The notes: generated from the sequence alone by a model not told the origin. DNA of 43,250 nt from Candidatus Deferrimicrobiaceae bacterium (GCA_036390495.1 DASWBR010000203.1:1-43250); one strand, 5' to 3'. Positions 1 to 9,200 are shown, counted from the first letter of the stretch. Numbers and translations: made by a program.

Positions 1-162
1 CGCCAGCAGGCCGAACAGCGCCGTGACGAACGCCCCCGCCTCGAACTCGCGGACCCCCGTCGCGAGGTACAGGGAGAACGAGGCGAACGCCACCGGGAAA
101 AGCCCCTGCGGGAAGTGGACCAGTATCGGGTGAAGATGCGGTACGTTCACCTTTTCCGCCAT
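1..162 (-). CDS. Partial (5' end only) membrane protein with a DUF2231-like HPxLVHFP motif. It continues past the left window edge.
   Basis: Not in the ORF track because it is truncated. The reverse complement of 1..162 reads, from ATG (160-162), MAEKVNVPHLHPILVHFPQGLFPVAFASFSLYLATGVREFEAGAFVTALFGLLA with no stop. A GGGGA Shine-Dalgarno-like run lies just upstream, and a hydrophobic TM-like stretch follows the HPILVHFP motif. Confidence 0.5.
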   Translation of the reverse strand, partial: MAEKVNVPHLHPILVHFPQGLFPVAFASFSLYLATGVREFEAGAFVTALFGLLA

Positions 163-226
163 GATCCCCTCGCGACGGTATTCCCGGCGAACCGGAACAA
201 CCCCTCATCCTGCCAAAGCGTTAATT

Positions 227-1507
227 TTAGCAGCGTTTCCCGATTCGCGCCATCCCGCCCATGTAGGGGCGCAACGCCTCGGGAACGGCGACCGTGCCGT
301 CTTCCCGCTGGAAGTTCTCGAGGATCGCCACGACCGTCCGCCCCACCGCCAGGCCGGAGCCGTTCAGCGTGTGGGCCAGGCGGGTCTTCCCGGAGGCCCC
401 CTCGCGGAACCGGATTTTCGCCCGGCGGGCCTGGAAGTCCGTGAAGGAACTGCAGGAGGAGATCTCCCGGTATCGGCCCTGGGATGGGACCCACACCTCG
501 ATGTCGTACGTCTTTGCGGAGGAGAACCCGAGGTCACCGGTGCACAGCGTCACCACCCGGTACGGCAGGCCGAGGCGCCGGAGGATCTCTTCCGCGTCGG
601 CGGTGAGCTTCTCCAGTTCCTCCGCGGACTGCTCCGGGCGGCAGATTTTGACAAGCTCCACCTTGTTGAACTGGTGCTGCCGGATCATCCCCCGGGTGTC
701 CTTCCCGTAGGAACCGGCCTCCGCCCGGAAGCACGGGGTGTACGCCGTCATCTTCAGGGGAAGCGCCGAGGCCTGCAGGATCTCGTCCCGGACGATGTTC
801 GTCACCGGCACTTCCGCCGTGGGGACGAGGTAATAGTCGGTTCCCGCCACGCGGAACAGTTCCTCCTCGAACTTGGGGAGCTGCCCGGTGCCCAGGAACG
901 AGGCGCTGTTCGCCAGGAACGGGGGGAGCACCTCGAGATACCCGTGTTCCCGGGTGTGGACGTCGAGCATGAAGTTGATGAGGGCCCTCTCCAGGAGCGC
1001 CCCCGCCCCCTTGGAGAGGCAGAAGCGGCCGCCGGTGATCTTGACCGCCCGGTCGAAGTCCAGGATGTCCAGCTCCGCGCCGATGTCCACGTGGTCCTTC
1101 ACGGGGAAGGAAAAGGTCCCCGGCGTTCCCCACGTCCGCACCGTGGGATTTTCTTCCTCCCCCGCCCCCTCGGGGACGGAGGGATCCGGGATGTTCGGGA
1201 TGGAGAGGAGGAACTCCTCCATCTTCCCCTCGATTCCCGGGAGAAGACCTTCCGCCTCCTTCAGGCGCGCCGAGAGCTCCTTCATCCGCTCCATCAGCGC
1301 GGACGCGTCCCCCTTCTCCCGCCGCAGGCGTCCGATCTCCTCCGAGGCGGCGTTGCGCTCCGCCCGCATCCCCTCCACCTGGACGAGCAGCGAACGGCGC
1401 TCCCGGTCCAGCGCGACGAATCCGTCGAGGGTGAGGGGCGACCGGCGCCTCCGCAGCGCCTCTTCCACCACCCCGATGTTTTCCCGCACGAATTTCAAAT
1501 CCAGCAT
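227..1507 (-). CDS. serS: Seryl-tRNA synthetase
   Basis: Track ORF 227..2002 trimmed to the internal ATG at 1507 ([13 protein letters not shown]...), giving 426 aa. It has an N-terminal coiled-coil arm and class II motifs ([42 protein letters not shown]). The 165 upstream codons are Gly/Arg-rich read-through overlapping mqnC. Confidence 0.95.
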   Translation of the reverse strand: MLDLKFVRENIGVVEEALRRRRSPLTLDGFVALDRERRSLLVQVEGMRAERNAASEEIGRLRREKGDASALMERMKELSARLKEAEGLLPGIEGKMEEFLLSIPNIPDPSVPEGAGEEENPTVRTWGTPGTFSFPVKDHVDIGAELDILDFDRAVKITGGRFCLSKGAGALLERALINFMLDVHTREHGYLEVLPPFLANSASFLGTGQLPKFEEELFRVAGTDYYLVPTAEVPVTNIVRDEILQASALPLKMTAYTPCFRAEAGSYGKDTRGMIRQHQFNKVELVKICRPEQSAEELEKLTADAEEILRRLGLPYRVVTLCTGDLGFSSAKTYDIEVWVPSQGRYREISSCSSFTDFQARRAKIRFREGASGKTRLAHTLNGSGLAVGRTVVAILENFQREDGTVAVPEALRPYMGGMARIGKRC

Positions 1508-2568
1508 GACGGCCTCCTCGCTGGCGTGAACCCCGCGTCCCGGATCGTCGCGACGATCTCCTCTTCCGACATGCGGAACGCGACGCCGGCGGAGGCCACC
1601 ACGTTCTCCTCCATCATCGTGCTGCCGAAATCGTCCGCCCCGAAGAACAGCCCGATCTGCGCCACCTTCGCGCCCATGGTCACCCACGATACCTGCACCG
1701 TGGGGATGGACGGCAAAAGGATCCGGGAGAACGCCAGGACCCGCAGGTACCCCAGGGCGTGGCCGAATCCCGGAACCGCCCCCTCGCCGAACCGGGGATC
1801 CCGGGCGAGCTCCGTGTTCCCCGACTGGAAGGTCCAGGGGATGAAGGCGGTGAACCCGCCCGTCTCCTCCTGGAGCGCCCGGACCCGCAGCAGGTGGGTC
1901 ACGATCGCCTCCGGCGCCTCCACGCTGCCGAACATCATTGTCGCGGAGGTCCGCAACCCCTGCCGGTGCGCCTCCCGCATCACCTCCGCCCACTGTTCCC
2001 ACCCGATCTTCCTCGGGCTGATCCGCCGGCGGACCTCGTCGTCGAGGATTTCCGCCCCGCCCCCGGGGATCGAGTCGAGCCCCGCGTCCCGAAGACGGGT
2101 GATCACCTCCCCGATCGTCAAGCCGGACTGGTGCGCGAAGTGCCAGATCTCCGGCGGCGAGAATCCGTGCAGCAGGATCGGGTGGCGCTTCACCGCCCGG
2201 ACCAGCCGCTCAGCCTCCCCGATCCCCCAATCGGGGTGGAGCCCCCCCTGGAGGAGCACGCGGACCCCGCCCGCGGCGATCGTTTCCTCGATCTTCGCGG
2301 AGAGCTCCCCCTCGGAGAGGACGTACGCGTCGGGGGCGTCCTTCCCCCGGTAGAACGCGCAGAAGGAGCATCCGCAGGCGCACACGTTCGTGTAGTTGAT
2401 GTTCCGGTCGACGATGTAGGTGACGACGCCTTCCGGGTGCAGCCGCCTGCGCACGGAGTCTGCCGCCCGGCCGAGCTCGAACAGCGGCGCCTCCCGCAGG
2501 AGCCGCGCCCCCTCCGCGACGTCGACGGCCCCGCGCTCCGCCCGCGCGAGCGCCTCCTCCCAACCCAT
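1495..2568 (-). CDS. mqnC: Radical-SAM futalosine-pathway enzyme, most likely cyclic dehypoxanthinyl futalosine synthase (MqnC)
   Basis: Track ORF 1495..2670 trimmed to the ATG at 2568 ([11 protein letters not shown]...), which is preceded by GGAGA. It has a CxxxCxxC cluster in [26 protein letters not shown], plus [18 protein letters not shown] and [16 protein letters not shown], all typical of the MqnC/MqnE/CofH family. The subfamily call (C versus E) is from memory of N-terminal patterns and is less certain. Confidence 0.8.
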   Translation of the reverse strand: MGWEEALARAERGAVDVAEGARLLREAPLFELGRAADSVRRRLHPEGVVTYIVDRNINYTNVCACGCSFCAFYRGKDAPDAYVLSEGELSAKIEETIAAGGVRVLLQGGLHPDWGIGEAERLVRAVKRHPILLHGFSPPEIWHFAHQSGLTIGEVITRLRDAGLDSIPGGGAEILDDEVRRRISPRKIGWEQWAEVMREAHRQGLRTSATMMFGSVEAPEAIVTHLLRVRALQEETGGFTAFIPWTFQSGNTELARDPRFGEGAVPGFGHALGYLRVLAFSRILLPSIPTVQVSWVTMGAKVAQIGLFFGADDFGSTMMEENVVASAGVAFRMSEEEIVATIRDAGFTPARRPSCWI

Positions 2569-2616
2569 TCCGTTCGCTCTCCTTACCCGGCGTGGTTGCT
2601 CGCGGGGGGCTTCCTC

Positions 2617-2677
2617 TCCGCTCGCTATTCCGCTCGCTGCGGAGCACTGGTCTCCGCTCGCTCCATACACTCGCTCC
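2617..2677. repeat. Short tandem-like array of the decamer TCCGCTCGCT on a roughly 12-nt register (minus-strand reading AGCGAGCGGA) in the mqnE-mqnC spacer
   Basis: Exact TCCGCTCGCT at 2617-2626, 2629-2638 and 2653-2662, and a degenerate ACACTCGCTCC at 2667-2677. An embedded hairpin GCGGAG-N7-CTCCGC lies at 2639-2657. Confidence 0.7.
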
Positions 2678-2700
2678 GAGGAACCCCCCGCTCTGCCCCC

Positions 2701-2762
2701 GTTTTTCCTACCGCGGGGGTACCCCGGCGGCGCGAAGCTCGTATCGGGGCGCCACCCCGCAT
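2701..2762 (+). repeat. REP-like palindromic intergenic element, copy A (partner at 16100-16165 in opposite orientation)
   Basis: The reverse complement of 2701-2762 aligns with the plus strand of 16100-16165. A 38-nt core (CGCCCCG.TACG.GCTTCGCGC.G.CGGGGTACCCCCG) matches at 34/38 positions by my manual alignment, flanked by a shared ATGCGGGG at one end and GGAAA at the other, with one indel of about 6 nt. It contains the self-complementary GGGGTACCCC and a CCCCG...CGGGG stem. Confidence 0.7.
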
Positions 2763-2781
2763 GTGACGGTGACTTGCGCCG

Positions 2782-3879
2782 TCATTCGGCGGGGCCTTCC
2801 GCGGGCCACTCGCGGACCACGTTGTAGAGCGTGTCCCGCTCGACCGGGATCCTCCCCGCCTGCCGGATCATCGTCACGAGCTCTGCGACCGACATCTCCT
2901 GTCCCGCCTGGGCCCCCGCGGCGTGGGTGATCTTCTCCTCCACCACGGTCCCGTCGATGTCGTCGACGCCGAAATGGAGGGAGATCTGGGCGAGCTTCGG
3001 CCCTACCATGATCCAGAACGACTTGATGTGCCGGAAGTTGTCCAGATAGAGGCGCGCCACCGCCAGGGCGAGGAGGTCCGAAAGCCCCGTGGTGTACCCC
3101 TTCGCGATCTCCGTGTTCTTCGGGTGGAAGGCGAGGGGGATGAACGACTGGAAGCCGCCGGTGCGGTCCTGCAGCTCCCGGAGACGCCGCATGTGGTCCA
3201 CGCGGGACTCGAGGGTCTCCACGTGGCCGTAGAGCATCGTGGCGTTGCTGCGCAGCCCCGCCGCGTGGACCGCCTCCATCACCTCGAGCCACCGGTCCCC
3301 GGAAATCTTCTCGGGGCAGATCCGGTTGCGGATCTCCGGGGAGAAGATCTCGGCGCCCCCGCCCGGGAGGCTCCCCAGTCCCGCGGCCTTCAGCTGCCCG
3401 ATCACCTCGTGGAGCGGCAGACCGGTGATCCTCGCGAAGTAGTCGATCTCCACCGCGGTGAACGCCTGGACGTGCATCGAGGGGAACCGCTCGCGGAGGG
3501 AGCGCAGCATCATCAGGTAGAAGTCGAAGGGGAGGTCCGGGTGGAGCCCCCCCACGATGTGGAGTTCCGTGGCGCGCTGCGCATGGGCCTCCCCGGAGCG
3601 GCGGAGGATCTCCTCCATCGTCAGGGTGTAGGCGAGGGGTTCCCCCTTCTCCTTGCTGAAGGCGCAGAACTTGCACCGGTTCACGCAGATGTTCGTGGGG
3701 TTGATGTGGCGGTTGACGATGAAGTAGACCCGCTCCCCGTTCACCCGGCGGTTCGCCCTCTGGGCCATCTCCCCGACGGAGAGGATGTCGCGCGTGGCGT
3801 AGAGGGCGAGGGCGTCGGCGTCCGACAGCCGCTCCCCCGCCTCGACCTTATCCCGGATGTGCCTTAATTCCGCTCTCAT
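2782..3879 (-). CDS. mqnE: Radical-SAM futalosine-pathway enzyme, most likely aminodeoxyfutalosine synthase (MqnE)
   Basis: 365-aa ORF with an ATG start. Motifs are KVEAGERLSDADALALY at the N-terminus, VYFIVNRHINPTNICVNRCKFCAF (CxxxCxxC), GGGAEIFSPEIRNRICPEK and HFGVDDIDGTVVEEKI. It is a paralogue of the neighbouring mqnC. The subfamily assignment is from memory. Confidence 0.8.
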   Translation of the reverse strand: MRAELRHIRDKVEAGERLSDADALALYATRDILSVGEMAQRANRRVNGERVYFIVNRHINPTNICVNRCKFCAFSKEKGEPLAYTLTMEEILRRSGEAHAQRATELHIVGGLHPDLPFDFYLMMLRSLRERFPSMHVQAFTAVEIDYFARITGLPLHEVIGQLKAAGLGSLPGGGAEIFSPEIRNRICPEKISGDRWLEVMEAVHAAGLRSNATMLYGHVETLESRVDHMRRLRELQDRTGGFQSFIPLAFHPKNTEIAKGYTTGLSDLLALAVARLYLDNFRHIKSFWIMVGPKLAQISLHFGVDDIDGTVVEEKITHAAGAQAGQEMSVAELVTMIRQAGRIPVERDTLYNVVREWPAEGPAE

Positions 3880-6316
3880 TCGCCCCGCCCTTGCGCATCT
3901 GCTCGAGGATCCGCTCCCCCGCCCCCGACTCCTTGGGAAAGACCGGGAGGAAGACGGAGAAGGTCACGCCCTGCCCCTCCCGGTTGTCCAGGTGGATCGT
4001 CCCCCCGTGCTTCTCCACGATGGCGTGCACGATGGGGAGCCCCAGCCCCGTGCCCTTGGCCTTCGTGGTGAAGAAGGGGTTGAAGATGTTGTGCACGACG
4101 TCGTGCGGTATTCCGCCGCCGGTGTCGCTCACCTGGAACACCACGCCGGCCCCTTCCGGGGTGCGCGCGGGGCGGGTTGCGACCGTGAGGACGCCGCTCC
4201 CGCCCATCGCCTGGATGGCGTTCGAGACGAGGTTCCATAATACCTGCCGCAGCTGGTCCGGGTCCACGGAGATGACCGGGATTTCCGGGGAGAGATCCGC
4301 CACCGTGGCGATCCGGGTCTCTTCCAGCTCCTCCCGGAACATTGCCAGCACGTCCCGGACTTCGCTGTTGAGGTCCACGCTCCGCAGCGCGGGGACCACC
4401 TCGCGGGAGAAGTAGAGCGTCTGCTGGACGATCCGCTCCAGGCGCTGGACCTCCTTGAGGATGATCTGCGCCGAGCGGGACGTGGAGTGCGGGTCGGGAG
4501 CCCCTCCGCCGGCGGCCGGGCGGGCGATCCGCCGGGCGAAACCGCCGATCACCGTGAGGGGGTTCTTGATCTCGTGGGCGATCTTCGCGGCCATCTCGCC
4601 GAGGGCCATCAGCTTCTCGCTCTGCACCAGCCGGTCCTGGGTTGCCCGGACGTCGTGGAGCGCCCGCTCCAGCGACTCGTACAGGGAGGCGTTCTCCATG
4701 GCGAGGCACGCCTTGGAGGCGAACATCGTGAGGACCTGGATGTCCTCGTCCGTGATGGGGCGCTCGTGGAACTGGTTGTCCACGTAGATCGCTCCCCGCG
4801 CCTCTCCCTTGATCACCAGGGGGACGGCGACGAAGCTGTCCGGGTGGCTGCCGCAGAACACCGCCCGCCCCCCGGACGCCGGCCCCCCGCAACCCGCCTC
4901 GGAGCGCATCGCGCGTTTCTCCAGCACGGAGCGCGCCACCAGGCAATGGCCCCCGGCCATGGGGATCCGCAAGGTTTCGGCCCCGGGCCACAACAGCCGG
5001 CGGAGCTCCTCCCCCTCCATGCCGGGGCTCCCGCCTGCGGAATCGTCCGGCGGCCGAAGCGAAGCCTGCCGCGCTTCCTTCCGGTCCCGGGGCCCCATCG
5101 CCATGCGGCCCACGAGCTCCCCTCCGTCCTCCGACAGGAGGAACAGGATCGCGCGGCTGAAATCGAGCCCCCCCGGGGAGACGAGGGCGTACAACATGAC
5201 CTGCAGGAGCCGCTCGGTCTTCACCGTGGACATCAGCGCCCGGGCAACCTCGTAGAGGGTGGAGATCCGCTGTACCTTGACCTGGTTCTCCTGGGCCAGC
5301 CGCTGGGCCCGCTGGAACACGATGGCGTTCTCCACCATGTTCGCCAGCTGGGAGCAGACGGTCTCCATCAGGTGCACCATCTCCATGTCGAACCGGACCT
5401 GCGGAGAGGCGGAATAGTAGCTGATGACGCCGAGGGACCTCCCTTTGGACACGATCGGCAGCCCCAGGAAGGACACGATCCCGCGGCGGGCGAGCGCGGC
5501 GTGGTGGGGGGAGTCCTCCGGCGCGTTGACGAGCAGCGGGCGCGTATCGTGATGGATCTGCATCGCCAGAATCTTCCCCAGCGCGCGGTGCTCCCGGCGG
5601 AAACCCGGGCGCCCGTACCCCTCGTCCAGCATCGTGCGGAGGGCGCCGCGCCCCTCCGCCGCCAGCCGGACGGTGACGCCGTCCGCCGACAGGAGGCGGG
5701 TGGTGGTGACGGCGACGTATCCGAGGATGTCCCTCACATCGAAGGTGGAGGTGATCGTCCGGCCGATCTCGTTCAGCGTGATGAGCTCGGACACGCGCTT
5801 CCGCGCGTCGCGGTAGAGCTGGCTGTTCCGGATCGCCCCGGCCACCTCCGTCCCCACGGCGGACAGGAACTCCATTTCCTCCCCGGACCAGGACGCGGAC
5901 CGGAGGTTGGAGACGTTCATCACGCCGTAGAGGTAGACGTCGTCCATGACGGGCACGGCGAGGATCGAGGTGAACTCGCGGAGTTCCCGGGGCACCGCCA
6001 GCGTCGGGGGGCTGCTCTTCACGTCGGGGAAGAATACCGGGGCCCGCTTCTGCGCCGCCTTCCCGGAGACTCCTTCCCCCGGCCGCACGACGAAGTCCAT
6101 CATCGTGCACTCCTCGATCTCGACGCAGGAGGAGACCCAGGGCTGGAGATCCTCGCTGTGGCTGTCCCGGCGATAGATGCAGACGCAGTCCGCGCCCGTT
6201 TCCCGGGAGAGGAAGTCGCAGATGTGCTTCAGCCGGTTCTCGATCTGGACGTTCGAGTTGGAGATCTCGACGACCCGTGCCAGGAGGGAAAACCGGTTGT
6301 CCGCGCGTTCCGTCAT
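3848..6316 (-). CDS. Cytoplasmic sensor histidine kinase with three GAF-like domains, HisKA and HATPase_c
   Basis: 822 aa with an ATG start and no evident TM segment. Three GAF-like blocks are present (e.g. GEGVSGKAAQKRAPVFF...ILAVPVMDD; LGLPIVSKGRSLGVISYYS; FVAVPLVIKGEARGAIYVDNQF). The H-box is KIAHEIKNPLTVIGGF, and N/G boxes are VLWNLVSNAIQA, VSDTGGGIP and GTGLGLPIVHAIVEKHGG. Its 3' end overlaps the mqnE start by 32 nt. Confidence 0.9.
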   Translation of the reverse strand: MTERADNRFSLLARVVEISNSNVQIENRLKHICDFLSRETGADCVCIYRRDSHSEDLQPWVSSCVEIEECTMMDFVVRPGEGVSGKAAQKRAPVFFPDVKSSPPTLAVPRELREFTSILAVPVMDDVYLYGVMNVSNLRSASWSGEEMEFLSAVGTEVAGAIRNSQLYRDARKRVSELITLNEIGRTITSTFDVRDILGYVAVTTTRLLSADGVTVRLAAEGRGALRTMLDEGYGRPGFRREHRALGKILAMQIHHDTRPLLVNAPEDSPHHAALARRGIVSFLGLPIVSKGRSLGVISYYSASPQVRFDMEMVHLMETVCSQLANMVENAIVFQRAQRLAQENQVKVQRISTLYEVARALMSTVKTERLLQVMLYALVSPGGLDFSRAILFLLSEDGGELVGRMAMGPRDRKEARQASLRPPDDSAGGSPGMEGEELRRLLWPGAETLRIPMAGGHCLVARSVLEKRAMRSEAGCGGPASGGRAVFCGSHPDSFVAVPLVIKGEARGAIYVDNQFHERPITDEDIQVLTMFASKACLAMENASLYESLERALHDVRATQDRLVQSEKLMALGEMAAKIAHEIKNPLTVIGGFARRIARPAAGGGAPDPHSTSRSAQIILKEVQRLERIVQQTLYFSREVVPALRSVDLNSEVRDVLAMFREELEETRIATVADLSPEIPVISVDPDQLRQVLWNLVSNAIQAMGGSGVLTVATRPARTPEGAGVVFQVSDTGGGIPHDVVHNIFNPFFTTKAKGTGLGLPIVHAIVEKHGGTIHLDNREGQGVTFSVFLPVFPKESGAGERILEQMRKGGANESGIKAHPG

Positions 6317-6322
6317 GGGGTG

Positions 6323-7783
6323 CTACCCCGGGCGGCCCCGCTTGCGCAGCGCCTTCCCGTAAAGGGACATGTATTCCCTCGCGGATGCGTCCCAGGAGAA
6401 GTCGCGGGACATCCCCCGCAGGACGATGGCCTCCCACCGCCGCCGGTCGGCGTGCGCCGCCAGGGCGCGCCCGATGGCGTCCTTCAGATCCTCCGCGTCG
6501 TACCGGCGGAAGGTGAAGCCGGTTCCGCCGGTGGGGTCGGCGTCGGCGTCCGTCACGGTGTCCGCCAGCCCGCCGGTCTCCCGGACGATGGGGACGGTCC
6601 CGTACTTCAGGCTGTAGATCTGGTTCAGGCCGCACGGCTCGTAACGCGACGGCATCAGGTACATGTCCGCCCCCGCCTCGATCTTGTGCGCCAGGGCGTT
6701 GTCGTACGCCACGCGGATGGCGATCCGGTCGGGGTGCTTCCGCCCGAGGACCTCCATCGCCTCCTCGTACCGGCGCTCCCCGGACCCCAGGATCACCACC
6801 CGCAGCCGCTGCCCGGCCAGCCACTCGCCGATCTGCTCCAGCAGGTCCGACCCCTTCTGGGAGGTCAGGCGCCCGATGAAGCCGAGCACCGGGACGCCCT
6901 CGTCGGGGAGACCGAACTCCGCGAGGAGGTCCCGCCGGCACGCCGCCTTTCCCCGCAGGTCGCCCGGGGTGAAGTTCTCCGCGATGAAGCGGTCGGTGGC
7001 GGGGTGCCACTCCTCGTCGTCGATGCCGTTGACGATTCCGTAGAGGTCCTCCCGGCGCTCGTAGAGGACCCCCTCGAGGCCGTATCCGTATTCCGGCGTC
7101 TGGATCTCCCGGCTGTAGGTGGCGGAGACGGTGGTCAGGATGTCGGCGAAGACCAGTCCGGCCTTCATCAGGTTCAGCTTCCCGTAGAACTCCAGTCCCT
7201 GCGGGGTGAACAGCTCCCACCCCAATCCCGTCATCGGCAGGTCGTGGTTCCAGAACAGCCCCTGGTACCCGAGGTTGTGGACGGTGAACACGGTCCCCGT
7301 CTCCCGGAACGCCGCCTCCCCGGCGTAGAGGGTCTTCGCGTAGGCGGGGATCAGGGCGGTCTGCCAGTCGTTGCAGTGGAGAATGTCGTATCTCCGTCCC
7401 GACCGCAGGATCCACTCCATCACGGCGCGGCAGAAGAACGTGAACCGCTCGCAGTTGTCGACGTAGTCGCCGTCCTTGGTGCCGTAGAGGAACTCCCGGT
7501 CGAAGAAGCGGTCGTTCCGGATCAGGAAGGCGCGTACCCCGCCCCCCCCGTCCGTCTCCTCCACGGTGCCGGCCTCCTCCCTGTGCCCGAGGGGCACGCG
7601 GACCGGAAACCCCGGGCCGGCGGAGGGAAACCGGGCGCGGTCCACGGCGCGGTAGAGCGGCATGACGCAGTCCGCCTCGACCCCGATCCGGCGAAGCGCC
7701 TTGGGAAGGGCGCCGGCGACGTCGGCCAGCCCTCCCGTCTTGGCGAACGGAACGATCTCGGAGGAAGCGAGGAGGACCTTCAC
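6323..7783 (-). CDS. glgA: Glycogen (starch) synthase, ADP-glucose type
   Basis: 486 aa with a GTG start. N-terminal MKVLLASSEIVPFAKTGGLADVAGALPKAL (KTGGL motif), HCNDWQT and PSRYEPCGLNQIYSLKYGTVPIVRETGGLADTV are typical of GT5 GlgA. Confidence 0.93.
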   Translation of the reverse strand: MKVLLASSEIVPFAKTGGLADVAGALPKALRRIGVEADCVMPLYRAVDRARFPSAGPGFPVRVPLGHREEAGTVEETDGGGGVRAFLIRNDRFFDREFLYGTKDGDYVDNCERFTFFCRAVMEWILRSGRRYDILHCNDWQTALIPAYAKTLYAGEAAFRETGTVFTVHNLGYQGLFWNHDLPMTGLGWELFTPQGLEFYGKLNLMKAGLVFADILTTVSATYSREIQTPEYGYGLEGVLYERREDLYGIVNGIDDEEWHPATDRFIAENFTPGDLRGKAACRRDLLAEFGLPDEGVPVLGFIGRLTSQKGSDLLEQIGEWLAGQRLRVVILGSGERRYEEAMEVLGRKHPDRIAIRVAYDNALAHKIEAGADMYLMPSRYEPCGLNQIYSLKYGTVPIVRETGGLADTVTDADADPTGGTGFTFRRYDAEDLKDAIGRALAAHADRRRWEAIVLRGMSRDFSWDASAREYMSLYGKALRKRGRPG

Positions 7784-7799
7784 CGTGCTCTCCAGGCCT

Positions 7800-8795
7800 T
7801 CACTCGGGCAGCTCGCGCATGTATTTGGCCGACTCCTCCGGCGGCGTCGGATTGATGTAGAACCCCGACCCCCACTCGAACCCCGCCACCTTCGTGAGCT
7901 TCGGCATGATCTCGATGTGCCAGTGGAAAAAGTCCGCCGCGCCCTCCTGGAACGGAGCGCTGTGGACGATGAAGTTGAACGGGGGGTTCTCCAGCGCGAG
8001 GTTCAGGCGCCGCAGGGTCCGCCGGAAGATGGCGGACAGGGCCTTCAGCTGTTCCGGCTCGATCATCTCGTAGGCGCACTGGTGACGCTTCGGCACGATC
8101 CACGTCTCGAACGGGAAGCGCGGGGCGTACGGCGCGTAGGCGATGAACTCGCTCCCCTCCTCGACGATGCGCTCCTTCTGGTCCATCTCCTGGACGATGA
8201 TGTCGCAGAAGACGCAACGGTCGCGGAAGCGGTAATAGTCCCGGCACCCCCCCATCTCCTCGATCACGCGCTTGGGGACGACCGGAAGCGCGATCAGCTG
8301 GGAGTGGCTGTGGGTGAGGGAGGCGCCGGCGGCGGGGCCGTGGTTCTTGAAGATGATCACGGATTTGAACCGGCGGTCCTTCTTCAGGTCGAGGAGACGC
8401 TCCCGGTACGCCCACAGGACGTCCTCGAACCGCTTCTCCGGCAGATCGAACAGGTCGACGTCGTGGCGCTCGGTCTCGATCACGACCTCGTGCGCCCCGA
8501 TCCCGTTCATCCGGTCGTAGATCCCGTCCGCCGCCTTTCCCAGGTCCCCCTCGATGCGGAGCGCCGGGAACTTGTTCGAGACCACCCGGAGCGTCCAGTT
8601 CGGGTCGTTGGGCGCCCCGCTCTGCCGGCAGGCGAGGATCTCCGGAGGGGTCATCCGCTCGCTCCCCGGGCACAGGGGGCACACCCCCTCGCGCCGGGTG
8701 GGGGGCTCCGGCGGAAACTCGTGGGGGCGCTTGGCGCGCTCCGTGGAAATGATGACCCAACGGCCCACGATCGGGTCTTTGCGAAGCTCCGTCAT
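7800..8795 (-). CDS. galT: GalT-family (HIT superfamily) hexose-1-phosphate nucleotidyltransferase / nucleoside-diphosphate-sugar phosphorylase
   Basis: 331 aa with an ATG start. It has a zinc knuckle (GVCPLCPGSE), an HxHxQ active site (SLTHSHSQLIALP) and a second half-domain (CVFCDII...APFETWIVPKRH...FHWHIEIMPK). The true substrate (UDP- versus ADP-hexose) cannot be told from sequence. Confidence 0.8.
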   Translation of the reverse strand: MTELRKDPIVGRWVIISTERAKRPHEFPPEPPTRREGVCPLCPGSERMTPPEILACRQSGAPNDPNWTLRVVSNKFPALRIEGDLGKAADGIYDRMNGIGAHEVVIETERHDVDLFDLPEKRFEDVLWAYRERLLDLKKDRRFKSVIIFKNHGPAAGASLTHSHSQLIALPVVPKRVIEEMGGCRDYYRFRDRCVFCDIIVQEMDQKERIVEEGSEFIAYAPYAPRFPFETWIVPKRHQCAYEMIEPEQLKALSAIFRRTLRRLNLALENPPFNFIVHSAPFQEGAADFFHWHIEIMPKLTKVAGFEWGSGFYINPTPPEESAKYMRELPE

Positions 8796-8843
8796 CTGGC
8801 CTCCGATTGCCGGGGAGCGGCGGGAAGGTGCCGGGAAATATCC

Positions 8844-9200
8844 CTACCGGACCTCTTCCTCCTCGGCGACGGTCTTGCAGTCGATGCACAGGGTGGTCAC
8901 CGGCCTGGCGATCAGCCGCTTCTCCTCGATCTTCCCCCCGCACCCGTCGCAGACCCCGAACGTTCCGCCCTCGATCCGCTTGATGGCCTCCTGGATCTTC
9001 ACCAGGAGCTTGCGGTCCCGGTCCCGGAGGCGCAGGGTAAAGTTCCGGTTCGACTCGAGGAGGGCGCGGTCGGTGGGGTCCGGGAAGTTCTCCTCGGACA
9101 CGGACGTCATGTCCGACACCGTTTTCTCCGCACCTGCCATGAGCTCGTCCAGCTGCTGCTGGAGCTCCGCCCGGCACTTTTCGAGGACGCTGCGGTCCAT
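8844..9200 (-). CDS. dksA: DksA/TraR-family C4 zinc-finger transcription factor
   Basis: Only the last 118 codons of track ORF 8844..10025 look real. From the ATG at 9200: MDRSVLEKCRAELQQQLDEL..., a coiled-coil region with an acidic DxxDxA-like tip (PDPTDRALLE), then CDGCGGKIEEKRLIARPVTTLCIDC (CxxC-N17-CxxC). Confidence 0.85.
   Translation of the reverse strand: MDRSVLEKCRAELQQQLDELMAGAEKTVSDMTSVSEENFPDPTDRALLESNRNFTLRLRDRDRKLLVKIQEAIKRIEGGTFGVCDGCGGKIEEKRLIARPVTTLCIDCKTVAEEEEVR

Noticed and set aside
2617-2677. The short repeat array in the mqnE-mqnC spacer, considered as a degenerate CRISPR array or minisatellite.
   Set aside because: The units are only about 10-12 nt with essentially no spacers, there are just four copies, and no cas genes are present. 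This is not CRISPR-like. It is kept as a generic repeat and possible regulatory leader.
3876-7415. Very long alternative-frame or antisense ORFs. Examples are 3876..7415 (1179 aa), 4487..7855 (1122 aa), 16958..19264, 19982..22738, 20340..22607, 23739..26504, 29160..31826, 34224..35909, 35497..38061 and 36465..39380. At face value they could be giant novel or overlapping genes.
   Set aside because: Their translations are Gly/Arg/Pro/Ala-rich low-complexity strings with no recognisable motifs. Each lies in another frame or strand over genes with strong family signatures. Stop codons are rare in off-frames of very G+C-rich DNA, so such ORFs are expected artefacts.
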